Source: Vairimorpha necatrix (lineage: Eukaryota). Taken from it: a stretch of DNA of 64,000 bases. The notes under the pieces were generated by a model that did no database searches, was not told where the DNA came from, and saw only the letters and a program-made list of their open reading frames with translations. The stretch covers positions 124,001 through 188,000 of the forward strand of contig CP142729.1 in assembly GCA_036630325.1 (NCBI GenBank). Direction: 5' to 3'. The translations under genes and the position numbers were made by a program. This document shows positions 24,925 through 39,100 of this stretch, piece by piece (the stretch's first letter is position 1; every line of letters begins with the position of its first letter).

Positions 24925-27808
24925 CATAAGCACCCTTAAAAAAATGAAAAATGGCTCAAAAAGCGGGAATTGGGCCGTGTGCGGGCTGGGCGCACGTGCG
25001 CCCCGCGCGCGCGACAATTAATAAAAAACTTAGTTTAAAACATTTTTAGTCTGTTGGGAAACCGACAGAACACACATAGAATGAAAAAAAAATTATCGTT
25101 TTATACAATAAATTACCATTGAATTTTCAAAATAAGCGCAAGTGAAAATACATTAAAAATATAAAGTTTTTTCTTGAATTCCTAGAGTATCTTGTATCAT
25201 TTGTGTAAATCATGTATTCTAACAAAATGTGCCCATTGTGTCTTTTAAACTTAATTTTGACTTCTTTTAAATTTTCGAATGAATTTTATTTGGTATTAAT
25301 TAAAGATGTACTCATTTTTTATATCCCCTATAGGCATTCTACCAGGAAAATTTTTAAGTTTTATTTTCTCTGCTATAAATTCTCTATATGCTGCTTTATC
25401 TAATTTTCCAATAACTTTCTCGATTACACTATTAAAATCAAAAAATAAATTTTTTAAATGATCTGATTTTTTAAAAAATATTATAATTACTAGTCCAAAC
25501 CCCATCACTCTGACAAATATAATGTCTTCTCATTTTTATTTTTGAAATAGCAGAAAACATGTCTAAACTAAACATAAATTGCGTTTCTGCAGTTATTTAC
25601 AAAACACCTTTAAAAATGTATTTTCATTTTATATAATTTTTTGTGAAATGAAATACTTGTTATAAATTTGCTTCTTATTTTGCTTGATTAAAAAATAAAA
25701 ATTATAATGTCATCGGATCGTAATCCGCCGACACTAAATAATATCGTGCCGAGAGCGAAGAAAAAATGGGGGACGAGGTGAAGCTGTTTAATTTTCAGAA
25801 AATTTTGTCCGTAAAAGTGAATCTAAAAGAAAAAGGGCATGTATGAAGTATGGTTTAAATAACACGCTCATAATAATCATCATTTACCAAAGTAAAGAAT
25901 AAATTTTAATAGTGCCTTTTTTGTGGTTTTGTAAATCTACAAGTCCTATTTTAGCTATACAGTTCAGAAGTGTCAGTTATAAATTTAATGCATTAATTTA
26001 GACGCATATCTGTGTTACTTTTTGTCAGGCGACGACCTCCTGCTAACAATAAGAATCCCTAAATGTGAGTGTTTCTCATTTAATTTACATGTGAAGGACG
26101 ATATAAGTGGCAGGTGATTAATAAATATTGATTATAAGCATTTAGAGAATAACTTCTATTTCTGCAATTTACTCTTTTCGGAAAACGCCGTCGAGATGGT
26201 CTATAGCAAATATTTCTTATTACTTAATTTCCAGCCCTTACTTTTCATCATGAGTCTAAACCGAAACTAAAATAAATCTATTTTGAATACTTCGTCTTTT
26301 ATTTACGATCAGACCTCGTATCTTCTGATCACACTATTAATAATTTTTTTTTTATTTATTATTTTTGTAAAACTTAGTTTCGAAAAACGGTCAGAATCGT
26401 TTTTTAAAATTTAAAAACCCTTCCACGATATTTTCAAAAACATTATTCATCATAGATTTCGAATGAAAAGTGTCAAAAACTGAACTTTGAAACATAAAAA
26501 AAAAGTCATTAAATGGAGCAATTTGATTCTTTATTCAAGTTAAATTTGTTTTGAATTCTTATAGTTTAAGAAAATTACATCGCCCCTTTTCATATTTTAA
26601 TCATAATAAAAACTTAAAAAAAATTAGAGAAGAGGTCCATAAAAAAATGTAACAATTGCGTTTTCAAAACGGAGAAGGATACGCTAGTTATACAATTAAA
26701 AAAAATTATGAATTGTTGATCTATGTTGTTTAATTAATATTAGTAAAGTTTTATGAGTTAAGATGAAAAAAAGTTCTAGAGATTCTATTCGTTGAGCTAT
26801 TTAATTCAGTTTTGTTACTGTTGTGACATTCTCATGCCATTGTTTTTTTATATTTTTATTATTAAATACCCCTAAACTTGGATTTGTTCTACAGTTTTTA
26901 GATTTTTTATATTTTTTTCTAATATAGACTTATAATACAACATATAAACTATATTTCATAAAATCCCTTTCTTTTTCTCTTGCTTGTCTCTTATTTATTC
27001 AGTTGTCAAAATTCGTTAATAAAAACAGAAAATACTGTGATAGATACCTGTTTGACTATAATTGTCGTTTGCCTCTTATTAAATTTTCTGGCTTGTTTGG
27101 GCTTAAAAATTTCACAAAAAAAATAATTTAAGAATATTTTTTTCGGAAAAATGCAATGCTCAATAAACGTATCTGGAATATGGATAGAAGGAAAATAGCA
27201 TACAATTGGGTTTTATAAATTATTAAGCCTACACTGAAAGTATATATGCCTTCGATGTTCTGAGATTTTATGTAATTTACACATAACATATCAACGTCGT
27301 TTCAAACAAAGATGTGCTTTGAAATTTTCTAGCACAATTTAAAATGTATGCAAAAAAAGTAAATTGTTAAGTCTCTCCTGTTTTAAATATTTGCATAAAA
27401 TTTTTAAATCCTACCATCACTAAAAAAAAATCAAATATTGTTTAAAAAATTCTAACTTTAAATACGTAAAGTTTTAAACATTACTTTTACTAATATTAAG
27501 GCTTTTTAATTATAAAAAAAAATAATATTCTTAGTAAAACTTTTCATATTGATGTATTAGAGTTTAGATTGGTTCTCAAAATATATATATATTCAGCCTA
27601 TTTACTGTTCAAATGTGAATGTAGTATGTTTTTATGCAAATAAATATGCCATTGATATAGAAAATACTTTAAATTTTGAAAAAAATTCTTAATTTTTAAT
27701 TCGTGTTCACATAAGACTGCTACTTCAAAAAATCTTCATTTAGTGGGCCAAAAAATATTTTAATATTCATTTTGAAATAAAATTAAAAAAAGTGAATATT
27801 TTTGCCCA

Positions 27809-27946
27809 TATGGATTACTTAAGAGAGTATGTATTTGTGTTAATTTTTGTTTTTTTTGTATTAGGATTTGGTATTAATTATAGATACTCAACAAAAAAAG
27901 TAAATCTCAAGGGCAATCACGAAATGTATGAAAATACCAATAATTA
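27809..27946 (+). CDS. Possible small membrane peptide or truncated gene (about 45 aa)
   Basis: CCC before ATG; MDYLREYVFVLIFVFFVLGFGINY is hydrophobic. Confidence 0.3.
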
Positions 27947-30900
27947 AATTTATGATGACAAAACTTACCCTTCGTACAGCTCTAGGAGAAAAAAAGATGA
28001 ATTAGAAAAAAAAAAATAAATGATTTAGAATTTAATAACGTTTTTAATCTCTTTAATGGCATTTATGTTAATAAATTCTTTCAATAGTATGTTCGCTGCG
28101 ATTTCTTCAATTCAAAAATGAAATAAAATAAAAGATTTTAAACAACACATCAAAACTTTCATAATTAAAAAAATAATTATCAAAAAAATAATATTAAAAT
28201 AGGGTTAAATATTGTGTGATATGCCTATATTACAGTTTTTTTTTATTTTTTTTGGTAATGTTTTTTTAAATGATCTCCGCTCTCTATTTTATAGTTATAT
28301 TCAATTTTATTGATGTAAATACATCCTATGCATGACAATGTCTTAAACTTGTAATTAGAGATTCCAAACAATATTTGTTTGTGTCTTGTTTTGGTGCATG
28401 AGATGGTGAATGATACCCATCCACGACTTTGTTTATATATAAAATCAAAATTATTAATTGTTATCGTAAATTAAAAGATCACATTTCAAATTACTATTAT
28501 TTAAGTTTTCAAATCTACTTTATGTCTCTAAACAATATATTGTTTTATGTCATATAAAAATTTGGCTATTTTCTATATATATACAGATTCTATTTCGCAT
28601 GTTTTATTGTATTGTATATTTATGCAAAAATGTTATATTCTTGATTATGAGTCTTACAAAGAGTCCAAATCCTAAATTCTATGTTTTATTGGTTTTCGCC
28701 TAGTTTAGACCAGATAAAGAAAATTCCATTTCAATACTTCATTATCCATAAAATTTATAACTATATATAACTCATCCATTTAATATATATGATCCTATGA
28801 AAAAAATTAGTTAGTTTTTTGTAATTATACAATTTGCGTCTGAAAAAATCGAATATTAAACATTAACAATTGCTCTATTATATTTTATGCTAAATTTGGA
28901 TCTACTTTATTATTCTTAAAAAGCTTTATGATTGTTTTTTTTCTTTTAGAGATATCATATCTCCCCTTTAAGCTTGTTTCAAAATAAATCTCTAACAAAT
29001 ATTAAGCTACAGATAATATTGATCTCATTTTGAAAATGGGAAGGCGTACGCGAGATTTCATCTAAAAAACTTATTAAATATTTATCATTATTCAATATTT
29101 TTTTTAATAATGATTGAAATTTGTATCAAACAAGTTCATCTTGTTTTTTAAATACAGATATCCCGCTACAATATATTAAGATAGCAATATCTGTTACAGA
29201 TAAATACGAGGAAAATCTTCTATACAAAAAATATAAGAGGAATATTAAACAACAAATTGATGTCTAACGCACAACCCAATATTGGAAGATAACCTATAAA
29301 ACAAGTTTCTGAAAAAAACCCATTGATTATAGCTCAAATGAAAAACGTTCATGTGAAAATCTTACAATTTATTCAGATGCATGTAACGAAAAAAACAAAA
29401 AAAGCAATAACTGTGACCTATTATGTGTCATTAAAACAATTACAAAATAAAGATTAAGAATGAAAATAGAAAGACTAAGAAAATATAGATTAGACAACTC
29501 AAAAATACTAATATATCAACTGAAGATATCAAAATTTGAAAAGATAGAAGAACTAAAATTTGCTGAATTTTTTTCGTGATGAAAACAAATAATAAAGAAA
29601 CTTATTTTTGAGCACTAAAAAAGCTATAGAAAGTATTTTATAGACAATAACAAAAAATATTATTATTACATCAATTTTCAACTGTTATGAACTTCTATAC
29701 TTTCATAAAAATTGATTATCATTGAACTAAAAAGACACATATGCAAGATTCATATTGTAAATTTAACATATGACAAAAATAATTACGACTCAAATATTAT
29801 ATTTCATTATCTTAAACTAATGGAAGATTTATATTAAATTTTGAAGAAATATACCTAAACCATTTATTAATGATGTATATCGGCACTAAATTATTAGAGG
29901 AAGATTAAAACAGCGTTTATGAAATCTAAGTACAATAAAAACATATGTTTTAGAATTGTAAAGCATCTTACTATCGCTAGATAGAGAAAAATATAGGAAA
30001 TTTGGAATGTCTAAAAATAGCTTTTGCTTCTCATATAAAATATAATAAATACAAAAAGGCACTGTAATATTTAGTTTTTATATATTTTGAGCATAGCTTA
30101 AACAATAATTATCTATTATTTTTTGACACAGAATTTTTAACATTCAAGTTATCGATAGATACTAGCGAATTGCCAAAACACATTAACTAATAGTAGTTTA
30201 ATAATCAAACACAATTTTTAGTCAACTTTAATAAAAACATGTGGGATGAGTTTTTAACATGATTCTAAACCTATTAGAAGTTAATATTAAATTTTACAAC
30301 AAATTCATTCATTTTCTTTCTTGTGTACTTAGTGTTAAAAAAATATACTTAATATATTTAACCCTTAACTTACAATTATCAGTAACACCTAGAAAAACAA
30401 TCCTGCATATAAATTGTAAAAGTAAATAGAAAATTTTTAATAGTTTGTCTGATCTCTTATATAGAACAGATTTTATATTTTATCTCCTATTTTTGTAGTT
30501 TTGCAATCTTATAACTTTTTTTCCATATATGATGTTAAAATGAGAATATAAATTTTTTAAATAATATAATTAAGATACTGTGTATTATATAAATTTATTT
30601 TTCTAGTTTTCAGTCTATAAATATGATCAGAATGATTTTTTAGAATTTCGGTAGCCTTTTTAGAAAAAATACAAAACCATTTCTTTATTAAATTTTTGAC
30701 AGACAATTGTTAATTTTTGACTTAAAATGTATAAAAAAATTCGTTTACATCACGGAATATCTTGATTTTTAAGTCAATCTACAATTGATTGTTATTCAAA
30801 GAGTTTAAGTTCATATTTTTCCTCGGTTCTAAAAAAAATTGAAAATCGAAATTAATATGGATTTATATATTTTATATAATTCCCGTTTTCAAGAACGGAA

Positions 30901-31137
30901 ACCAGGCGCTGTATTTTCGCGCATATATTTCAAAATTTGATATTTGTATTTACCATAAATTATGTCCTAAACTGAACATATTCCTGTTATAAACTAACAT
31001 TGCAATGTTTTTTCTTAAAAAATATATTTTTTTATATAACAAATGAGTGTTTTATATAAATTATTAATTATACTATATTGATTCAAATATGTATTTTCAC
31101 TAGAAAATATTTATTTTGAGATTAAATCAAAAATAAA

Positions 31138-31790
31138 TGTGACATCCGTTTTTAGGTTTTTTTATTTGTCATGTGAGGTATCACCCGGAAGTTGGCCATT
31201 CCTCGGATAGCATTCCATGATGCTTCTCCCATGTGTTAAAGTTTTGTTATTATTTAAGTTAAATTTATTTAGTTTGCCTACTTGGGCATTTCTTCCCTCT
31301 TCTGGGGAACAAGCAATTATAGTGCTGTTTGCTAGACTTCTCTGTTCTTCTCCGAATTTTTGTTATAAGGTAAGGGTTAGATAAAAATAAAATATTTATA
31401 GCAAAATATTTCTAGAAAACCCATTTGGAGGGAAAAATTATGTGGTAAATAATACCACATCATGTATCCGTATGACATGGCCATTTTTATAGTAATTTTC
31501 TAAATAGTTTTGTTTAAGTAATATTTTTATTGATGGTTTCTTTTTTTCTCTTATATTCCATGCCCTTCGAACACAAGCTTTCTTTTATATTTTATTTTTA
31601 ATTTATTACATTTTGTCAACACTAAACAACCATTGCCGTACTTACGAATGTAGATACGACCATGCAACTTTCGTTTGTTTGTTTGTGTGACTCATTTTGA
31701 AAGTCTTTAGAAATACTTGACATGTTTTTGAAAAGTGTGACAGATGATATTTATGACATCTGTCCATGTGATGTTGTTATGTACATCACA
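31138..31790. repeat. Dispersed ~650-bp repeat, solo-LTR-like
   Basis: TGTGA...TCACA ends; homologous pieces at 8300-8554 and 14440-14610; no TSD seen. Confidence 0.5.
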
Positions 31791-33462
31791 TTATTAAATT
31801 TCGCGAACTTGATAACTTTTAGTTAAGGTCATCAAGTATGGTCAATTTAAATTATAACTGTAGTTTGTAAATTTCTAAATGAACATTTTACAAAATTATT
31901 AAGAAATTTTGTGATATTATAACTAATTGATAATATTAGCCTGAAACGTTGACAAAAAATGTAAGCAATCATGCAAATAATGAATAATAAATTATTTTTC
32001 TCTGCTATACACAAATTAGTTCATGAAATTATAATAAAAAAAGAATATTACTAACGCTGGCAATAGATTTCGTTCGACGCTAAAATTTTTCCTATATTTA
32101 TATTTTTTACCATTTATCATTTATTTTAGTTCTCTTGTTAAATATTATAAAATCCTTGACAAAGAATGTTGTTTATTACTTGTCAGCTGGTTTTGTAACT
32201 TATAATTGTATAAAGAAAACACTAAAAATTCTGATTCGATATGTATTTTCACGTTAATATAAAAAAAACTTTTTTATGAAAAAAAATAGCAGCTTTTAGT
32301 GTTTTTTCTTGGTTTATGATTCCAACGCTCGATTCATAAAATGTTATTTACACGAAAAAAGAAATTTACATTATATTGACAATTATTATGGGGATAAGAA
32401 TGCAACATATAAACGCCTGCTGTGCTAATCAATGGAGCTTTTAGGCGTAGGATGCACTAGTAGCTCTAAAGATAATATAAATCATTAGAAGTAATTTATA
32501 ATAACTGAGTGTTATGAGTTATAAGGTTTTAAAATTCATGGCAATCGTCGATCTTTAATATTTAATGCATCGTTAAAATCTATAAATGATAATGCGATAC
32601 ATTGTATATTGATTTATATCAAGGATATAACTATTTAAGCACAATAGTGCCTGTGACTTAGTGTATTTTACGTTAAAATTAATGTTTTTCATTATTTAAC
32701 TATTAATGAGTTAGAAAAGATAATACACGGAGTAAGCTTTTATATAACAGACGTAAGTTGAAAAGGATTGGGACCGTCTTAGAAACAAATCATATATTAT
32801 ACTATGATTTTATGTACCTTCAATTTTTTTTGGTTGTTTTTTAAAAAATATAAATTATTTTAAAATATATAATACACATAATTAAGTTTATCGTCGATAA
32901 TTCTTCAAGTAAAATAAATTTTATAGTTCGATAACATATTTTTTATTAAATTGAATTTAGAATATATTAAAGTAATCAGAATGTGTAAATTATCATGAAA
33001 TTTAGTTTCTAGAATTAGGAAATACTATGAGGTTATAAAATCTTTAGTGTTGAGTACAAATAACTTAAAATCTATTCTTCCAGTTCGGAATCCTTATATT
33101 GGTGCGAAAAAGTGCAGTCTATTCTAAGCACATTGTATTTTAGAAAAACTAATTATAATTCTTAATTTGATAATATTCTGAAATTTTTATTTTTTACATG
33201 AAGATTTTAATGAGATTATTATTTTTCTTTTCTGGGACCTTTATATAAAATTGCAATATACATTTTTTCTTATTTGAACATATTTTGTAAAAAAGCAAAA
33301 TCTTTTTTGATTTTACGATTAATATGTAGTGATGAAAATTTATAGTTTAGCAACAATTCGTATTAATTAAAAAAGCAATTAAATTTTTTATATTTTTTAA
33401 TAATTGTGAAATGATCATTTTTATATTTATTTTAAAAAATTGAAAAATATTCCCCTATTGAA

Positions 33463-35115
33463 ATGACAAAATTCATAAGTTTTATTTTATTTGTTCGATC
33501 TACAATGGAAGTTTTTAACAATTTCAAATTTATCATATTAAATAAAATTCAGGAAAAGGATTACATCACAATAGACAGCCATAGAAAAAACGAAATTGAA
33601 ACTTTGAACTATATAGATGAAATAAAAGAAATAAGAGCAATTTTTAATGTAAATAGTAATTGCGACCTTTCGAATAAAGAACACCTGTTATTTCTTTTAG
33701 CTATCAAGATATTTGAAAGACAGAGAATATCCACTAAAAATGTTATATTGGAATACAGTAAAACCGATACCACACTAAATAAAAATTATGAATATATGAT
33801 AAAGATAACTAAAAAATTAAATACATTAAGAAAATTTAAAAAAGAACCAAATAAATTTTTCTTCGATTATATAGTAGATAAAAATAGTTTATTGTACAAC
33901 GGTTTTCATCGGAATCAAAAAAATGGAAAATTAATATATTATAATTACACAAACCAACAATTTTACGTAAAGAAAAAAGGAACATTTTACATCAATTTTT
34001 TTATTTTTTGTGAAAATTTTTTATATTTCTTTGAAATTGACGTAAGAGATCTAAATATTAATCAATATTTTAATAATAAATTACTAAATAGTTTAAAAGT
34101 TTGTCAATCCGATAGAAAAGTATTGCAACTTACTCTTAAACTATTCAATATTTTTGAACTGACTGACATTTACAAATCTAAAAATCTAGATAATATAACA
34201 TGCTTCAATACAAGAATCGAAGTGTATCATAACTATTTATGTTATAAGAAAGAAAACAAAGAGCATTTTGCTGTTAAAATAGAAAAGGATGTAATCATTT
34301 TTGAATATATGCGCATCAAAAATATACATAAAGTGAAAAAATTTTTAAAAGAGAATGATACAAGGTATAGAGTAACAAAATCATGTTTTAAAGAATTTAA
34401 AAAATTATTCGAATTTATGACTAAACAACGCGAAAGGAATTTCATTGAAGTTGAGTTGTGTTATAGATTATTAGAGAGTAATGGATTAATAAAGAAAATT
34501 GTGCATAGAATTTATATGGACAATGAATCTGCACTAAGATTAGTGCTAATTAATATATGTGCCAATATTGAGGTTATGAAAATGAGCAATATAAAAGATC
34601 ACTTGAACGAAAAAAGAGAACTTAATTTATTTTTAGAAGATAGTAATATTGAAGATATGACAAGAATTATAATAAAAATAATCAAGAACATTGACGACGA
34701 TTTTTCATATATAATAAAATGCTGCTTATTTATAGAAATAGAAAATGTACTTAATGATACTAACTTCACTTTTAATAGATTAATTGAAGATTTAAGACAA
34801 ATTGGATCAACTTCTCTAATGAACAAACTAGTTAAATGTTTTCATCTTGATAAATTTACAAAAAAATATTATGATTTGTTGAATATATTTTCTAAGATGT
34901 TGCTTACAAAAGGTAATATTGAAGAAGTTATTTTTAAAACATGGCTAGGCATTTTTCAAGTTACATCGTTAATTTCAGGTGTTCCCAAAAAAATCAATAT
35001 TGAAGACAAAATACATATTATAAATGATGAAATTCCATTATGGTTTACAGGAAGTATAGAAGAACTCAAAAGATTAAATGAGGATATATTTTCAAAATTA
35101 AATAAAAATAATTAA
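33463..35115 (+). CDS. Signal-peptide family protein, distant paralog of the MKLLKIF family
   Basis: 550-aa ORF, CCC upstream; LFVRS leader, KDY, YFFEI, IKCCLFIEIE, SLISG at equivalent positions. Confidence 0.82.
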   Translation: MTKFISFILFVRSTMEVFNNFKFIILNKIQEKDYITIDSHRKNEIETLNYIDEIKEIRAIFNVNSNCDLSNKEHLLFLLAIKIFERQRISTKNVILEYSKTDTTLNKNYEYMIKITKKLNTLRKFKKEPNKFFFDYIVDKNSLLYNGFHRNQKNGKLIYYNYTNQQFYVKKKGTFYINFFIFCENFLYFFEIDVRDLNINQYFNNKLLNSLKVCQSDRKVLQLTLKLFNIFELTDIYKSKNLDNITCFNTRIEVYHNYLCYKKENKEHFAVKIEKDVIIFEYMRIKNIHKVKKFLKENDTRYRVTKSCFKEFKKLFEFMTKQRERNFIEVELCYRLLESNGLIKKIVHRIYMDNESALRLVLINICANIEVMKMSNIKDHLNEKRELNLFLEDSNIEDMTRIIIKIIKNIDDDFSYIIKCCLFIEIENVLNDTNFTFNRLIEDLRQIGSTSLMNKLVKCFHLDKFTKKYYDLLNIFSKMLLTKGNIEEVIFKTWLGIFQVTSLISGVPKKINIEDKIHIINDEIPLWFTGSIEELKRLNEDIFSKLNKNN

Positions 35116-36156
35116 AATGCCTTTTCGAAATTTTATCAACATAACAATAGTACAAAATTTAATAAAAAACTATATTTTAAACTATTCGTACACAATTTTT
35201 AAATTAATTTTGATTTTTTATTTATGTACCTCAAAATTCAAATCTTGCAAACACTACCACATAACATTTAACTATTTTTTAGACAGCATTTTATCATAAA
35301 GGCGTGTATAATTCCGATAAAAGTTCTAAATTTAAAGACTAAATTCCATTCTTAAAGAATGAAGAATACAAATTTAAAAACAATTATCGATACATGTCTG
35401 GTATGAACAGTCTTTTAACACTCCATGATAAAATATGTGCTTATTTAAATACAAACTTATTCATTCAGTTATAATCAAAAATATTAAGTTTTTTCGAATT
35501 GATTTAATAAATTCCAAGAACTTTGTAATCATGTGTTGAGTCAGCCACATAATTTATGGCAAAAATGATTATACTCAAATATTACTGTTGAACATAATTG
35601 AATACCCTTTCAGATCATAAAAACTAGTGCACATTGTCAATGTTTATCATTTTAAATAAATTGTTAAGTGTGTTAAAAAAATTATAATATATACATACCT
35701 TAAATATGTGTCTATCTACTTTTCTCATTTACGTTTCAAATTTAATAAATTACGCAATATTATTGATGTTTGACACAGGAGCCATTTAAACACTTCATTT
35801 TTTATTTTAAATTAAGATAAAGATCTTTGTAAATTCACTAGTTTTATATATAAAAATCAATTGAAATAAATACTTATAAAATACGAATTGTCAATCATAA
35901 ACTTCACGATAAAAAAACATAAAATCAAGATTATGTTTTATTATATATTAATTTATGGCATGCAAATTTTTTTTCAAATAAATATTTCTGTCAGATCAAC
36001 AATATTTGACGAATCCTCTAAACTATCATTGTGGATTATCTTAATTATAGATGTATTATATTCAAACAGATGTTTTTGTAGCGACAACTATTGGCAATGT
36101 TAAAAGAATAATCGTAATCCTTTATTTTGTGTCAGAGTAGACGCTATATAAACACA

Positions 36157-39100
36157 AGTATTTATTTATCATAATTGGAGTTCAGAAATATAAGAATATA
36201 TAACATCCTCCTTCAAAACGGTTAGTCTCCTACATCACCATTAACCCTAAGCAGATTTTTCAAGTCATAATGTCTCTTTTTAACATATCGCCCATTAGAT
36301 AGCTTCACAACATACGAGTCCCCAGGGCATACCACCATTATAATACCTTCGTCTAAAAACCTTCCCTTTTCATATTTATTACATCCTTTGATGTTTTCTT
36401 TCTTAGCTATCCTTACTCGTTGTCCTTCAATAAACCGCTCTCTATATCTTCTAACAAATCTTTTACTGTAGTCTCCTTCTAGTACATTTAATATCATCAC
36501 TTTCCCTGTATTGTCTTTTACTGCTTCATTGGGAGTACTTCTTATACCTTCATGGTAACTATTATTGTAAATTTTAAAGCTTTCCATCACTATGACACCA
36601 AAACTCGTCGTCTCTTTACTCATTTTCAATATTAGCTCTCTCAGCATTCCTATAACTCTTTCAACTCTACCATTGCTTCTATGAGACTCGACACTCACCT
36701 TATTATGGGTAATATCCAATTTTCTACACAAATCCTTAAAGTCAACATTATCAAATTCCTTCCCATTATCCGTTATTATTTCCTTCGGCCTCCTGCCATT
36801 TCTACATAAGTTCTCAATAAACTGGGCCACAGAGGATCTCTTATTCCCGTATAATACACATCCCCACGCTATCCTCGTATGGTAATCTATCGCAACTAAT
36901 ACATATTTGACCTTATCTCTAAAATCAATCAAATCTAACGCTACTTTTTCTAAATACCTGCTTGTAGCAACAAAATCACATCCTCCAGACTTTTTCCTAT
37001 TGTAAATTTGACACTCCTCGCATCTTTTTATCATTTTCCCTTTAGCTTCTTTTATTCCTAGCCAATAATAATCAAACTTCATGGCATAATACATGCTTCC
37101 TAGTCCTCTGTGTCCATGCTCTTCATGATAACGTCTCATAAGCTCATCTCTTTCTTTTATTTTAAAAATCAATGCTTTCCTCCCCGAATCAAATTTCCAG
37201 TATTCTTTACCGTCTATTGTCTCGACGTGCTTCAACCATTTACCTTCAGTTTGGCGCTCACTTCTTTTTTTTAATCCTTTATTTATGTTCATCATCCTCG
37301 TGTATCCTACTCAAAGCATCCGCCACTACCATATGCTCTGGTTTCCTGTAATCTATTTCAAAGTCAAATTCTTGGATCTTTTCAATCCATCGATTAATTC
37401 TAACATTATTAAAACACGGCTTTCTTCTTATTTCCGCCAATGCTTTGTGATCCGTTTCTACTTTAAATTTTCGTCCTCTTAACTCATACTCAAATTTCTT
37501 TATTCCCCAATATATGGCATACATTTCCTTTTCACTTATACCATATCTAGTTTCCGTCGGGGTGAATTTCTTCGATGCCCATTGTACTGGCACCTACTCT
37601 TCTTTATCATTCTTCTGCATGAGTACTGCGCCCATTCCTATATTGCTCGCGTCAATTCTTAATAAAATTCCTTGCATAGGTTACAATTTTCAATTTACTC
37701 ACACTTCTTAACGTTTCCTTCATATTTTCAAACTCTTTATTCAAATCATCAGTCCAATTTAATTCTTTACTTTACCTTTCAAACTTTCAGTCATATTTAA
37801 TGTCTTCTCCGCATAATATTAATAAATCCTCGAAACCAGACACTCAGTCCTAAAAATCTTCTTATGTCAGACACATTCTGCGGCGTTGGAAACTCTAGTG
37901 CTTCGTTTTTCTTGATTTCAGACGGCATCATATCATATCCGTTTAATGTAACTCCCAATAACTTGACTTCCTTTTGGCAATACTTAATTTTCTTTGAATT
38001 TATCCGCATATTATTCCGTTCTAACAATTTCATCGCTTCTACAAATAATTTATCATGTTCTTTTCTAGTCTTCGCATGAATCACTATATCATCCATGTAT
38101 ACTTCTATTTTACCACCCAAATGTTTTTCAAAAATCTTATTCATAATTCTCTGCATGATCTGAGGCGAGTTTTTTAACCCTATGACCATACTATTCCACT
38201 CATATACTATCTTATCATACTCAAAAGCAGTCTTATGCTTGTCTTGATCCTCTATTTCGATTCCATAAAAAGCCTCCTTAAGGTCTATAACACTGAAAAA
38301 CTTCGACCCTTGCGTGTTCCTTATGATATCCCTAATGTTCACTAATTCATAAGGGTCTTTCTCCACTAAATCATTTAATGCCATGAGATTGCTAACCAGT
38401 CTTATACTTCCATCTGGCTTAATTAAAGCTTTAATCGGATTTCTCCATTCCGACGTCGATCTTCTTATGACATTCCTTGTCTCTAACTTTTGAATATATT
38501 TTCTCAGCTCTTCTTTATGCGCTTGTAGCACCTGCTGACCTTTACTTATAACTTTCTTACCTTCTTCAGTTCTGATTCTGCATTTTTCAATTTTACAATA
38601 TCTTATTTTCTCTTCTTCGTTGTCTATAACGATCCTAAACCTCTTTCTCATGTCTTCTAATGTTAGACCGTTCTTTTCTACCTCATCATAACATCTTTTA
38701 TTTCTTGTCTTCCATTCTTGTTTCTTTTGTCTTTTAGCATCCCATGTGTTCCTATAAGTCCTTTCACCACAGCTACTGCTACCTTCTTCTTTAATACTCT
38801 CACATTCGTCTTTATTCTTAACATTTCTATATCTATAATAACACATCTGACTCTTATGTCCCATTCTTGAACAATTATAACATCTCATTGTTCTTCTCTT
38901 CTCAAATATTCTTTCCTCTCTACTAATATTTCTAATCTCCCCTGCCACCATCTTTGTGACCTCCTCAATCATCCGTAATCTCATATCCTTTTTCTCCTGT
39001 ACTTTAACCAATTCCTCTAATTTGGTTTCCATAACTTTCTAATGATCTCCAATCTTAATATTCTTAACCATATATTCTTTTAACTCATCAGTTCCAAGAT

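Larger units (their letters stand above)
23199..25016 (-). mobile_element. Ginger-like (integrase-type) DNA transposon, apparently intact
   Basis: 39-bp GC-rich TIRs starting TGTC; exact ATTAA TSD; single integrase ORF; no RT or LTRs. Confidence 0.92.
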
